From Bispira polyomma (lineage: Eukaryota): a stretch of DNA of 64,000 nt. The stretch spans positions 69,130,001-69,194,000 of the forward strand of contig OZ287750.1 in assembly GCA_965649765.1 (NCBI GenBank). Reading direction: 5' to 3'. A program made the position numbers and the translations under genes. The notes under the pieces were generated by a model. It worked only from the letters and a program-made list of their open reading frames with translations, made no database searches and was not told the origin of the DNA. Shown in pieces: positions 1-12,116 of this stretch (position 1 is the first letter of the stretch; each line of letters opens with the position of its first letter).

Positions 1-289
1 ATGAGCCCTTTCAAACATTTTAGTGTTGAAGCTCAATATCATTCCTTTGTATTTATGATTGTGATACACTATATTTGAGTTATATTGGATATACGGTTTT
101 TCATAAAGAAGGTGTATTATGGCCACTAATGGCCTAACTAATGTCTGGATCCCACTGTCACAACCTGAGAAGGTGATCCATGCACTACTGGGTCGGAATT
201 AAGATCTCATACATAGTCATAGCTATTACAAAAAAATTCCATCCGAGACGTACTACTCGCAAACATCCATGACTTCATTGTGGAAATTT

Positions 290-560
290 AGTTTAAACAT
301 AATTTTTAACAGAAAAGGCATCAAGGACATCCATAAGAAGAGGCATATGTGGGCCGCCCAAGCTGTCTCAATACATGACATGCTGGCCAACCTGGACATC
401 TGGTGGCAGTCGATGAGGACCTGGAACGGGAAACTCACCAGGCTGACCTCTAGAGCCCATGTCACAGAGCGGACCAAGCGGGACAATTGGATATTGACCA
501 ATTTTGCCTTCCTTAAGGGGAACATTACCTGCCATGTCAGCTTCACTGTGAGTACCTTCT
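290..560 (+). mobile_element. PIF/Harbinger Myb/SANT(MADF)-like ORF remnant
   Basis: Peptide IWWQSMRTWNGKLTRLTS..TERTKRDNWILTNFAFL resembles the MADF-like remnant at 19657 (NWFQ..YGKLSHHKSG..MTDRQKW..FDFL). A Harbinger transposase lies downstream. Confidence 0.5.
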
Positions 561-984
561 TTGATATTTTTATTCTATTTTTATTAATATTTTCTGTGTA
601 ATAAGAAAATGTAAATTTATTGAAAGTAATCGGAAGTAATGGATAATACTGAGTAATTCCAGCTTGAAGTAATGAAAGGGAATATTGGGGTAAATACTTT
701 TCAGACTAATGAAAATAGTTTTCAGATGATCAGCTTATTACAGTTTTAGTACATAATTTATTCAGGCCAGCGCAGACATATTTGATTAAAAGAACACCCC
801 ACTGCCCTCACAGGCCTGAAGTAGTATCGAAATCCTAAAGCCTGGGCATGAGCAGCAAGCCAACCAAGTCCTGAGCATGGGACCGCTCAACTGGGGAGAA
901 GGAGCTCCTTCAAACTATATCGGACAGCACCCATGCGACTCGCCACAATGATTCATCCATCAAAAATTTCATAGGGTGCATGAA

Positions 985-1330
985 ACCAATAGATGTCACA
1001 ACACCAAACAGACGTCACTAACAGATGTTGCAACACCAACATATGTCACCAGCAGATATCTCAACACCAACCGATGCCACAACACCAACAGATGTCGCAA
1101 CACTAACAGATATCGCAACACCAACAGATTTCACAACCCCAACAGATATCACAACATCAACAGTCGCAACACTAACATATGTCGCAACACCAACAGATGT
1201 TGCAACACCAACAAATGCTGCAACACCAACAGATGTCACAATGACAGGTGCTGTCACAATAAAAAGGTGTCATTGTAACAGCAGGTGCCTGCACAACAAC
1301 CGGTGCTGCCGCAAAAACAGATGTTGCAGC
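985..1330. repeat. 18-bp minisatellite (ACACCAACAGATGTCGCA)n
   Basis: Degenerate 18-bp units are directly visible and give the TPTDVA / NTNRCR periodic ORFs in the track. Confidence 0.9.
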
Positions 1331-2468
1331 AGCTACAAAGAGCTACAGAAGTAATTTCCTGGATATTATAATACGGGGAATGATCATATTTGGGAGCAAG
1401 GTCGAATCTGCCTAGAATAAATCGTTAGTGATGAACATTAATTAAGCAAACGTGAAAGTGGGAGACGGCCATAAATAACAACATCAGCAGATATAGTTGA
1501 GATTGACGATAGATAAAGATCCGTTATTCTAGAATAAACATTTGATGCTTTTTTGTTTCATATTTGCTGAACTGTCACACATTCCATTAGTTGTTATTCA
1601 ACAGGAAATTTTTCTCGAGTACACTCGGTATGCCTTCAAGTTGAAAGTCGATAGGTGCAAAGAGGCCCTTATATCTGGCCCACCAAAGTTAAAAGGAGTG
1701 TGGAAGCAGCGATTGTATTATATTCAAATTTCTACTCAACATATTAACCTGGTGTTTAAAGCGCCCACTAACTTTTTTCTTTTCTTTTTTATAATTTTTT
1801 TTATTTACACCAATAACATTACAATTACCATTATACAAGACAGTAAGACAGTGTACGAAACAATACTATACTGTTACAAATTACATACAAAAGACAGTTT
1901 TTACCAGTCAGTATAATAATACATTGAAATGAAATTTTTACCAATTTTTGTATTACAAGAGAACTTTTAAGAAAATTTTTAGTGACATGGCAGACTTACA
2001 AAAAACAAAACAGAAAAAAAGTGACATGACAATAGTAACACACAATAACAAAAGCGATCAAGATAGTATACAACTGCTACACGAAATATAAGAGACATTA
2101 TCAATTACAGTTATGAGTACATTGCAAAATTTAAAATAAGCCGATGCACTCAAATAATATTATTCAATGCATTTAAGAAAAAAAGCACCCACTAACCTAT
2201 TGTTGACTGGCAAAGTACAGGCAACCTGCAACAGTAACTGTTATTCTAAAACTAAAAAAGGAGGCTGAAAGATTACCCTTATCAATATCCACAAGGTTCT
2301 TTGGACTACTCCCAGGTATAACTGTGATGAATGGGGTCCAGATGGAGCACTTATTTTTATTTTGCTTATATTAAAGGTTTTACACTGTTAAAAAAATTGG
2401 CCTACTTTTGACTGCTGATCTAATTCTTGGAAATTGTGTAACTGGCTGGCTAACATTGTTTTGTATTA

Positions 2469-3790
2469 AAGCCCAAGTCACACAGCCCTCACGTGCGGTT
2501 AAAGAGCTGCTGCGACCTGGAAATTGAAGAAAAACGGCTGATTACTGGCGATTGCCAGGGATCTCTTTAAGATTTTTTTGTAGCAGTCACACATTCAGCT
2601 TTGTGTGGTTGGCCACCAGTCGCCTACTACTCTGGCGATGACCATCATTCGATCCAAAGCAGCTCTGCAGAGCCGCTAGCAATCGTCTGCAATCTGTAGA
2701 GATCGGTTGTGCGATGATCGGCGACTTCCCAATACCTTCGTGCGAGTGTCGGCGTCTAATCTTAGATTGTCGTGCGACAATCAAAGACTAGTCGACGTGT
2801 GTCGCACATTGGTGGAAGGTCCATCGCAGATCCCTCGGGGAGCATATTGGTAGGGGTATAAATACTGGTAGCCATGCTATAGCTGTCAGTATGAAAAAAG
2901 TTACTGATCAGTAAACATATTAGTTATAGATATTAGATAGATAGTAGTTAGATAGTAGTTGCATAGAATATAATAGCATTTTGGTCCAGCAGCAGTAGGT
3001 CAAATCATGGCGGTGAGAAGGCATCAGCGGCAGGCAGCAGCCTTAGTGTTGTTGACGTACCTCAGGAGGGGAAGGAGGAGGCGAAGGAGGAACAGGCAGT
3101 ACTGGGTGAGGCCCTGGATCAGCAGGCGCCTGCAGTTTGGTGATTATGACAACCTTATGCATTTCTGTGTTTGTGAAAGAGACATGCGAGGCCATGGTGG
3201 AAGAATACGGTGCGGAGTTGGTGAATCTCCCCACAACTCCAGATGCCTGGAGTGCAGTGAGTGACAGATTTGCAACCAAATGGAACTTTCCTTATGCTGT
3301 GGGTGCAATTGACGGGAAACACATTGCAATCAAGGCTCCCAAGAACTCTGGCTCAGTGTACCACAACTACACGGGCTTCTTCTCCATCATCCTCCTTGGT
3401 GTGGTCAAAGCAAGATTGCCGTTTCATCTTTGTAGACGTCGGTGGCAACAGTTCAACATAGGATTGTTCCATCTACAACAACTCGGACCTGAAAACAAAA
3501 CTGGACAATGATACACTGGGTCTACCACCGGCTAAGCCACTTCCACATGATGATCAGGACATCCCTTACCTCTTCATCGGTGACGACGCCTTTGGTTTAG
3601 CCCTCTTCATGATGAAGTTATTTTCCCTACGCAACATGACATATGAAGAGAGAATATTTAACTACAGGTTATCTTGAGCTCGAAGGATTGTTAAGAATGC
3701 CATTGGTATCCTTGCCAATAGGTTTCGCACACTGCTGACTGCTCTTGAACAAGACCCAGAAACTGTTAAGTCAATAGCCTAAAGCACTAT
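2469..3790 (+). mobile_element. PIF/Harbinger DDE transposase remnant (HARBI1-like), internally deleted and frameshifted
   Basis: RRRRR..YWVRPWISRR..G.YDNLM (3007+), F..KWNFPYAVGAIDGKHIAI..P..SGS.YHNY.GFFSIILL (3137+), FIFVDVGG, GDDAF, IFNYRLSRARRIV.NA.GILANRF. The left end at 2469 is tentative. Confidence 0.85.
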
Positions 3791-4055
3791 TTGAATAACA
3801 TTGGTGCTGTACCATGGCAGAGAGACATGATTTAAAAGTGACTGTGATTGTGACTGTGTTATGTTATGTGATTTTTACATTATTTATTTGAATTCAATCA
3901 ATCAATCAGTCCAGGTCAATTGTTGTTTATAAAATAAAAGTGCCTGTGCACGGAAGGTTATTTCAGTGTTGTCATTGTGTTTCTTAAAATTAGTAGGGAA
4001 TAATCTTGAGCTAGCAAGTGGACCACAGGAAACCACAGGAGACCACAGGAAACTC

Positions 4056-4300
4056 TGAGCTTGACCTTGTCTGATTTCTTAATAATAAATGTTGTGGTAA
4101 ACCTTAAGCATGACGCTTTACAACATTTATTATTTGAACTTGGGATTTGTGATGACCTTAGGAGTATGAGCTTGACCATGTCTGAGTTGTATAAAATAAA
4201 TGTTAGGCTAAACCTTAAGAATAACGCTTAATAACATTTATTATTTGAACTTACAATTTGTGATGACCTTAAGAGTATGAGCTTGACCTTGTCTGAGCTC
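4056..4300. repeat. ~111-bp tandem repeat (2 copies + partial)
   Basis: TGAGCTTGACC recurs at 4056, 4167 and 4278 with similar intervening sequence. Confidence 0.8.
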
Positions 4301-4379
4301 TAAACATTAAATTTAATTAAGACCCAGTCTGTGAGACCAGGGCTAAATATAACCTTGGCACAGCCACAAAATCAATCTT

Positions 4380-4900
4380 CAAAAGGTCAAGATTTAATCC
4401 AAAATGTTCAAGTTATACACCAAAGGTCATGTTTAAAATGTTCAAGTTATACATCAAAGGTCAAGTTCAAAATTTTTAAGTTATATAGCAAAGGTCAAGT
4501 TCAATTTTGAAATGTTAAACCCATTAATTTATTTCAAGTAAAAAAAGCCTGTAAATAACATGAAATTAATTTATTTAACAAAATAACATCTACTATAACA
4601 AAATATAACATTAAGTGTTAATTAACAATGTTATATGTCACTGATAGTCTCTAGCCTTTCTTTGACGCATATATAATTATAGCCTAAATTATCATATTTT
4701 CGAAAATGTACTTTAATTTCTATGTTTAAGTATTAATTAACAATGTTATGTGTCACTCATATTTTTTAGCCTTTCCTTGACGCAAATATAATCATATCCT
4801 AAATTAGCAGATATTTAGACATGTATTTTAATTTATTTTTTTTTTAAGTGTTAATTAACAATGTTTTGTGTCATTGATATTTTTTAGCCTTTCTTTGACA
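4380..4900. repeat. ~30-bp AAAGGTCAAG repeat (4380-4510) followed by ~116-bp tandem repeat (4611-4900)
   Basis: Recurrent CAAAGGTCAAGTTCAAAATGTTCAAGTTATA and TTAAGTGTTAATTAACAATGTT...TAGCCTTTCTTTGAC. Confidence 0.75.
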
Positions 4901-5397
4901 CAAAGAAATGTTTCCTAACTACTTTGTTGCTTTAAATTGGCCACTTTCAGTTAAAATTAGCTTTGTTTGGTTTAGTTTGGTTTACTTTGATGATTGTTGA
5001 ATCGTATTTTAACTAAATTGTTGAGAATTAAATATTCTGTACAACTTTGTAAAGTTGTGTGTTGTTTTAATCTGCTTTGCTTCATGCATATATTGTTCCT
5101 TTACATTTCTACATATTTGATAAATTGCATGCTTTTATTAAATTTCTGTTCTGGGGTTTTGTATTCATTTCTTTCTTTTATATGTTGTTGACAATTGTTT
5201 TGTTGAGTAAAAGAGGATTAATATACTTAATAACTTAACCCTGTTGTTTAGCTTTGTGTTTTTCCAACTAATCATAGACTTGACCACACATGGACATCAC
5301 TAATATCTCATCTTACCTACGTTTCCGATCGCTTGGCCATTAGCTTTTTAATGATGTTTTACTTTGTCATTGCTGGGCTAACGTGATGCCAGAACAA

Positions 5398-5469
5398 GAT
5401 ATCCCTGGTAGAAACCTTACAGTGGGTTAGGAGACCGAGCAACTTTGGGATAGTGGGCGAGTAACCCAC
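5398..5469 (+). ncRNA. candidate HDV-like nested double pseudoknot (minimal, no P4)
   Basis: P1 GATATCCC(5398-5405)/GGGATAGT(5447-54); P2 GTGGGTTA(5422-29)/TAACCCAC(5462-69); P3 GGAG/CTTT; L3 ACCGAGCAA; GG then GCGAG before P2'. Enclosed by stem 5382-90/5471-79. Confidence 0.5.
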
Positions 5470-5774
5470 AGGTATTACGGTTGTTGGTGTGCCTAAACTG
5501 TGGTTTTAGTGATGGAAGGTGGTTCATGGGTTGTGTTATTAAGATTGTGGCAGTCAAACATGATTTGTCTGGTTTTGTTTGGTTGATTTAGGCTATTTAT
5601 TTTTTTTGTTTATGGTTTTTTTTTGGAATAAAATAAAACAAACTGGTGGCAGCTCTACTGGGTATTTAGGAACCCTGGAATTTTTCCTTTTTTGGGTTAT
5701 TTTAGAAGATATAGGTATTATTGAAGTGTGCCTGACATAGGGTGTGGCCAATGGCCACATGGGGGGACACCGTG

Positions 5775-5868
5775 GTCCTAGGATTAGGGGGCTTACCGAG
5801 CAAAAGGTAGGATGCAGGTAGCCTTGTCACCCTTTTCTTCAACTGGTTGGCTGTCGTGAGCCCTTTAA
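5775..5868 (+). ncRNA. candidate HDV-like nested double pseudoknot
   Basis: P1 GTCCTA/TAGGAT(5808-13); P2 TTAGGGGG(5784-91)/CCCTTTAA(5861-68); P3 CTT/AAG; L3 ACCGAGCAA (identical to the 5434 loop); P4 GGTAGCC/GGCTGTC; J4/2 GTGAG. Enclosed by G6(5761)/C6(5869). Confidence 0.5.
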
Positions 5869-5874
5869 CCCCCC

Positions 5875-6119
5875 TATGCTACGCCACATAAGACCCAATG
5901 ACATATGCTATTTTAAGCGACCATCCAAGCTACGATGTACCTACATGTACTGATTTGCTCGAAGTTGGGATAAAACCCAGGTCCTCTACATTCCTATTGG
6001 CATGTGCAACACACAGAGGACAACCATTTTAATTGATTATCTGGGCCACTACTTGAAGTGGAAACAAGCTTCCGGTACTGAAAACTTCTGATCACTTAAC
6101 CACTAGGCCATGGAGGCCC
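5875..6119 (-). mobile_element. tRNA-derived SINE or retroelement head
   Basis: The minus strand begins GGGCCTCCATGGCCTAGTGGTTAAG (Pol III A-box-like). A similar head is seen at 58937(-). Confidence 0.5.
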
Positions 6120-7811
6120 ACATAATATAATGAGTTTTAAAATGTTATGAATGATTTTATGAGTAATGATAACTTACTTATACCGGCATAAGTTATTACA
6201 TGTATTATCATTATGAGTTATTCATCTATGCTATTACATTGGCGGGGGTTTGTACTCTACTGAGTGCTCTTGTATATCATTGTTTGTGACATCTATGGTA
6301 AAACTATGCATAATACCTGATACCCATCTTTCTTGGTGTGTTTTATTTCTGCAGGCTTCATTTTAAAGTGGTATTTTAAAGTCTGGGTTTTATCTTTTAA
6401 TGTAGGTTTTCTTTGACCATATTCTCAGTAACAATATATAAATTGAACCTGTGCTTATCATTCACTGAGTGTAAGTACCTACACGTTTTTGCACTTCATA
6501 AGTTTTAATTGTTCTTATTTCCATCTGAAAGAGGTACATGTACAGCTTCATGTGGGATGATTCAACATTCACAATGAATGACAGTAGGTGACAGGGTGAA
6601 ATATTATCATCAATGATAAGGTCAAGTAATGTTATACAAAGTTCCTGCAAAGAAAAGTATAATACCTTTGATTTACATGACCATAGTTCAGACCATTTAA
6701 TATCTTATGTTTGGGTTAAGAGGTTTAAGTAATACTTTTCTAGTTGTATGTTCAAAATCAAGATATTTAAGTCTTTCAGTTGTAATGAGCTGTTTTATTC
6801 TAAACCCATTTGAAGACAAAATATTCAAAGCGGTATGATCTGTTTGAATTTAAACATAGTCATCCAGGAGCATCTTTGAATTATTATTGATTTCGTCAGA
6901 GTAAGAGTGATGCAATGAGTGGTTAGTTTTATACAAAACATAATTCATTTACAGTTGGTAAAAACAATGACATTGATATTTATGGACATATTCTGGATGT
7001 TCTTTGTGTCAACAAGAACAACTTTTCAGATACACATTCCATGTTCATTATGATATCTCACCGTTTCACAGTTATTTTAAGTCTCTCTTCTACAGTCACT
7101 CCTTGCTGCAATTTAAGGTAATAAATTTTCGCGGAATAGAGAAAATGGACATGTTACCATTTCTAGACAACATGCTCCTCCAGATACTGGGTATATAAAT
7201 AATGTTGTACTGAATGCCAAGGGCCTCAAACAATAATTAAAAAGACTTTGGTGATGGAATATTCAACAATTTACCAAAACCGGTACAGGCATGCAGTCAA
7301 TAGGTATAACTGGTGGCCAGTGTGCAAATACTACAATACTATTGAGAGTACAAAAAATATAATCCCAAGCTGACCTGGGTGCTCTACCAAAAAATAGCTG
7401 TTTTTCCAGACCATTCAGGCTTGCAATGTTCTATGCAATAGATTTTAGAAAATCATTCTAGTGAAATTTCCACAAATCTGTTTCTTTTAACAATGCCGTG
7501 CAACAAAGCCAAAGCTTTTCTCTAACGTCCATGTTGTTATTTCCATCACGCCAACTGTAGGGTCTGCTGTCTCAGTTTCTTTAATTAATATTATTAAAAC
7601 ATTTCTTGTTCCACTTTACATCTATCCCCCATACCTCATTAACCAATTAATAATCCCTTATTACTCCACATTAATTAGCGTTTGTGTCCTAATATTCACA
7701 CTCCATTTTCGAAAAGCATTTGGAGGGTAAACAAGCCAAAACGAAAAATTCTTACCACCAAAGCACCCATTTTCTCCTCCATGTCACATCTTATGTTTTT
7801 ACTATTATTTT

Positions 7812-8007
7812 CTGCCTTCTACTATGTTATGTGGTCAGCTATGTAGATGGTTCGAGCCCACGACCATGTGGAGATTCGGTCCTGTCTTTGTCATCTCCCC
7901 CTGAGCAAACCGTTAGGGGTTCCAAGGTGGAATATGAGCTCTGAGAGGCAGAACCCACCTCTACTGGGCGAATAGGTATAGCAGGCCCTGTGTATCAAAA
8001 TGGGCAG
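7812..8007 (+). ncRNA. structured RNA, HDV-like topology; homolog of the element-B spacer RNA (42473-42631, -)
   Basis: Shares ATGG(A)TTCGAGCCC, GTGG, CATCT-CCCCCTG, AGCTCTG, CCTCTACTG, GGCGA(A/C)TAGGT and AGG(A/C)CCTG with the minus strand of 42473-42631, with compensatory stem changes. Confidence 0.55.
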
Positions 8008-9949
8008 TTCATTCAACTGACAAAAATATATATATATTAAACCAAACATACAATATCTTTACAATCTGATCACATGACACAAGTGACTTATATATACATT
8101 AGTTATTTACATAAATGTGGTGAAAGACACTAATATTCAGTTCATACACAACTTATTGTTAGTCTACTATCGCGTTATGTATCACACCCATGATACATAT
8201 ACCAATCTCTGCATACATCAGTAAGCAAGATATTCTTCAAACATTAGAAGTCATATGTATCCCACTGTTATCGTCCTATTTTCTGTTTCTGAAATGATTA
8301 TATTGCTCAATATTCAACATGTTGAATTTCAGGCTATCAATCGTGCAGTATTTTTATTTTGTTATGTTTTTAAATGTAGTATGCAGCATTCTGCATCTGG
8401 ATCTACAGAGATGGAGGGGTTCAGCATGTGGTTTCTTTTTTCGACTAAATTCAACCTTAACACCATTCATTTGTTATGTTTCTCTATCGAAATTGAAATA
8501 GATCTCATATATGATAAAACAATAGATCCCGATCCAGTGTTGCCCCACAGTGTTTAAAGCTTGATGTAAATACAATGGGTTGACAATTGCATTGCCCAAC
8601 TCAATGCTGACATAACCCACCTATTTCAGTTAATTCACTCAGCAGTCACAGTAAGAAACAACAATCTGACACAGGTGGCCTGTGTAATGTAGTCAATATT
8701 GTGAGAGGTGTTAGTTGGTCACAACAGTTTCGCTTGGTTTGATGTATGCGATGTATCGACTTCTACAGAGAACTTACCATTTGACAGTGGGTCATTTCTC
8801 ACAATATGATTGATTTCCTACACAATATCAGGCTTAACACATCTGATTTTACCTAGCCGCAGTTAAAGATGCATATGCATGCCCACTATACAAGATGGCA
8901 TAACTGATCAAATTTGAAAAGTATGTTGATTGTATGCACAAAGCTACTTTTAAGTTTTAAGGCTCCAAAAGTATGTCTGGTAGTAAAAAATAAGTGCATT
9001 GCCATGTATATCAGAATGGGTTGCAAATCATGATAATGAATGCAAAGACATCATGTCAAAACATAAGTGTAGTTACTGTTTCTTCTCAGAGAATATGTAA
9101 AAAATCATCTAATATAGTCTTGTTGAAATGAATACTAACGCGTGGCAAGTAATAATAAGTTGAAGACTTGAGTACTTTGGATTCACAAACTCGGAACATT
9201 ATTTAGCACTTTTTCAGTACACTTCTGCTGATGAATCATAATTTATAATCAATCATTTGCCAGACCTAGCCAAACCAAACTTTGTACCCTCTGGGATTTG
9301 CAGATGTTTTGACAGTTTTTGACAGTTTTTAAATATTTAGTTCATATTTCATTTAAGGATTCCACAGAGACTTTTGACATACAAATATTCAATAAGACAA
9401 TACAGGGGTCGATCAGCTATGCACCATCTAGAACATGCATTGCACTATTTAAAGGATGAAATTCAATATGGTCTAATTTATGGCCCTTATATGGTGGCCT
9501 ACCCAATAGTTGAGTTGCATACCTCTGTTTTTTATAAACAGTTTCAAACCCGAATCCTCTCTTTGGAGAGTCCCTGTTGATTTTGAGGTGGCATATTGGG
9601 GCCGCAGATGAAAGACAACATCCAACCATTAGTGGGGCTGACAATAACATTAAAAACTTCCACAAGAGTCACAGGTTATTGTTACTGTTCCTCCATTCCT
9701 TCCAAGATTTTTGTCACAAAAAGACAGTTACAACCCTTACTGACAAATCCATGTGCATATGTGTGTTCAAGTTTCTAAATGGTTCATCAATGTTTTTTAA
9801 AACATGTGATCGGGATCTTAAATTTTATACCATTGTATAATGGAATCCTTTGTATACATAAATTCGCCCCCAAATGATCTAATTGATGACAGACACAACA
9901 ACTTATCAAATTACCAATTCAGAAGTATAAACACATAGCCATGTCGTGA

Positions 9950-10260
9950 GGAAGGATGTGAGGGTGTACAAGGAGGGAATATAGGGAAGGTGGAATTGTG
10001 TTTGAAGATATAGTTTTCTCCTAAACTCAGACAATGTGAAGACTATTTCATAACATAGAGGGAGCAATTGACCTGTAGATTCTGTTCTCTTGGTGAGTTT
10101 TACAAGACAAAATAGTGAGTTTACTTGTTCTCTTAATTTTACTGGCGTAGGATGTCTGTTGAGAGATAATAGCTTTGAAAGTAGTAACATGGATTTTAAA
10201 GAAAAGTTTACAAAGAATGGAAAGCCAATGCAATTTGTTTAGGTAAATCTTCAAGGTGGA
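9950..10260 (-). mobile_element. decayed L2/CR1-group LINE 3' fragment related to element D
   Basis: [28 protein letters not shown] matches the element D C-terminus [30 protein letters not shown]. Confidence 0.7.
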
Positions 10261-11329
10261 ACATGGTTTCAAATATTTAGTTACTGTTACATAACCTAAT
10301 ACCTCGTCCAGTGTGGTAAAATGTGGCATACAGACGCTAAATTATAAACTAATGTCTCATGGCTTTATGCTGGTATATGTGTATCACCGTTATATGTAAA
10401 GTCATAATGTACTCCTTATTTCATTTTGGCCTCATTCAGGGTTCCGTATGGTATCACAGTACATAGATGTTATTGCCAGTTAAGGTTTATCATGATATCT
10501 TATCAGTATTCTCCTTCACTATCTCACATAAATAGCACTTTACCTCTTCACACGATGAATTGTATTGCCATAATTGATTCTTTGTGTTTCAGTTACACAT
10601 TGTGTTCTGAATTGTCATATGGACCATACCACGTTGCTACAGATCATGTTAATGTTAGATCATGTGGATAGTGTCTGTATATAAATGTACTTTATGTACT
10701 TTCAATAGTGTCTTCTGTAAATTTTAGCCCTTTGGGAATTTCCAATTGACTGGTGGAACAGCATATTTACCGTAAGCCATAACACACATACAATACAACA
10801 AAACAATTCTTATATATTTGCCGGAGAGTTATGATAACCGCTTAAAGCATATGCCGGATGCGCCATACCACATGTATGGAAACCACCCTCTTTGGCCAGT
10901 TATACACCTATACATACAAAGTACAGTGCACGATATCTTATACAGTTGCAAACACACATCTTCAGTGGAACACTTATAGACATTGTATGGCTATTTCATT
11001 TGCAAAGACAAGTACAGGGATGTCAGGGATGTATTTATACAAATTGTATTGCATGAATAAAGAATTGTACTAACGCAAACACATACTGTGCAGTGTCGCA
11101 CATGTGTATTTCACCCATAATACAAATGTACGTTATATTATCTACCTTTTATCTCACATTTTGGCTATCAGTATATATAGTAGACTTTGTGTACTACATA
11201 AAAACCTTCTGTTGTCAAATACTGTCTCTTTCAGTGTGTGTGTGTGTGTATATTTATGCATACCATCCTATCATACTTGGCAGTCTTTAACCTTTTTAAA
11301 AGTTGACACAATCAGACAGGCGACCTGCA

Positions 11330-11477
11330 TATATAAGCACTATACCTTTGACCTCGTGTGTACATAAATTTGAATTGTATTGGTGTTCTCCAGATAGCTC
11401 AAACAAGTTACAATACTTGAACGGGATAGACGTATCATCTACATGCTCGATATAGTTTATTCTTCAAGATGGTATGT
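11330..11477 (+). promoter_or_regulatory. putative TATA box and first exon (ending in ATG) of deiodinase gene 1
   Basis: TATATAA at 11330-36. CAAG-ATG(11469-71)|GTATGT is a phase-0 donor compatible with the phase-0 acceptor at 13209/13210. Inference only. Confidence 0.35.
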
Positions 11478-11935
11478 TTCATGTTCATATTTTTTTTTTT
11501 TTTTTGTTTTTGTTTTGTCTTTCAATAGTCTACTTCCTTATTACTATTGTACTAAGACAGATCTAAATATTTAACCTACGTGTAACAAAAAAGGTTTACC
11601 ATAACTAATACTTGGCTGTATACAACTACTTAGGCTGGATTATAACAATGCTTTATTTTTTTTATATTTTGACGTTTTAAGTGCAATAATAACAAATCCA
11701 AAATTAAAATTAGTTTATATTAAGGGGACGAAGTTAGAACCACAACTACTCAATCTATTAACAGTAGTATATGTTTAATGTACTGAATACTATTTGTAAT
11801 AGCACAATAAAAGAGCAATAAAACATATTTAATGTATGTAGGCATGAAAAGTTTTTGTAAGTTAGTGTGACATTTACAAACATAGAAACTGGTACATTAC
11901 TGTTATTATAATCTCTATCAGGATATCGTTGCGGT

Positions 11936-12116
11936 CATTGGTGATGTAGTGGTAACACACACCTCCCATATCTGCAGTCATGGTTCGAATCACGACCACA
12001 TCATGTATGTGGGAAAGTTGGCAGTTTGTTTGCTAATGTTAACCAGGGAACTACCTGTCATAAGATCACACATGGCTTGTGGAAAGCAATGTTAAAACGT
12101 CAACTAAACTAACTAA
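11936..12116 (+). mobile_element. tRNA-derived SINE (intronic)
   Basis: GGTGATGTAGTGGTAA A-box, GGTTCGAATCAC B-box, GGGAAAGTTGGCAG core, (AACTA)n tail. Confidence 0.7.

Noticed and set aside
4380-4510. AGGTCA array as a hormone response element for the deiodinases
   Set aside because: Half-sites are ~30 bp apart within a tandem repeat, ~7 kb from the putative promoter.
6462-6660. Minus-strand exon-like ORF with a good acceptor (CTTTGCAG)
   Set aside because: No recognisable protein similarity and only a weak donor.
8530-9850. Possible ancient retroelement coding remnant
   Set aside because: No diagnostic motif could be read with confidence.
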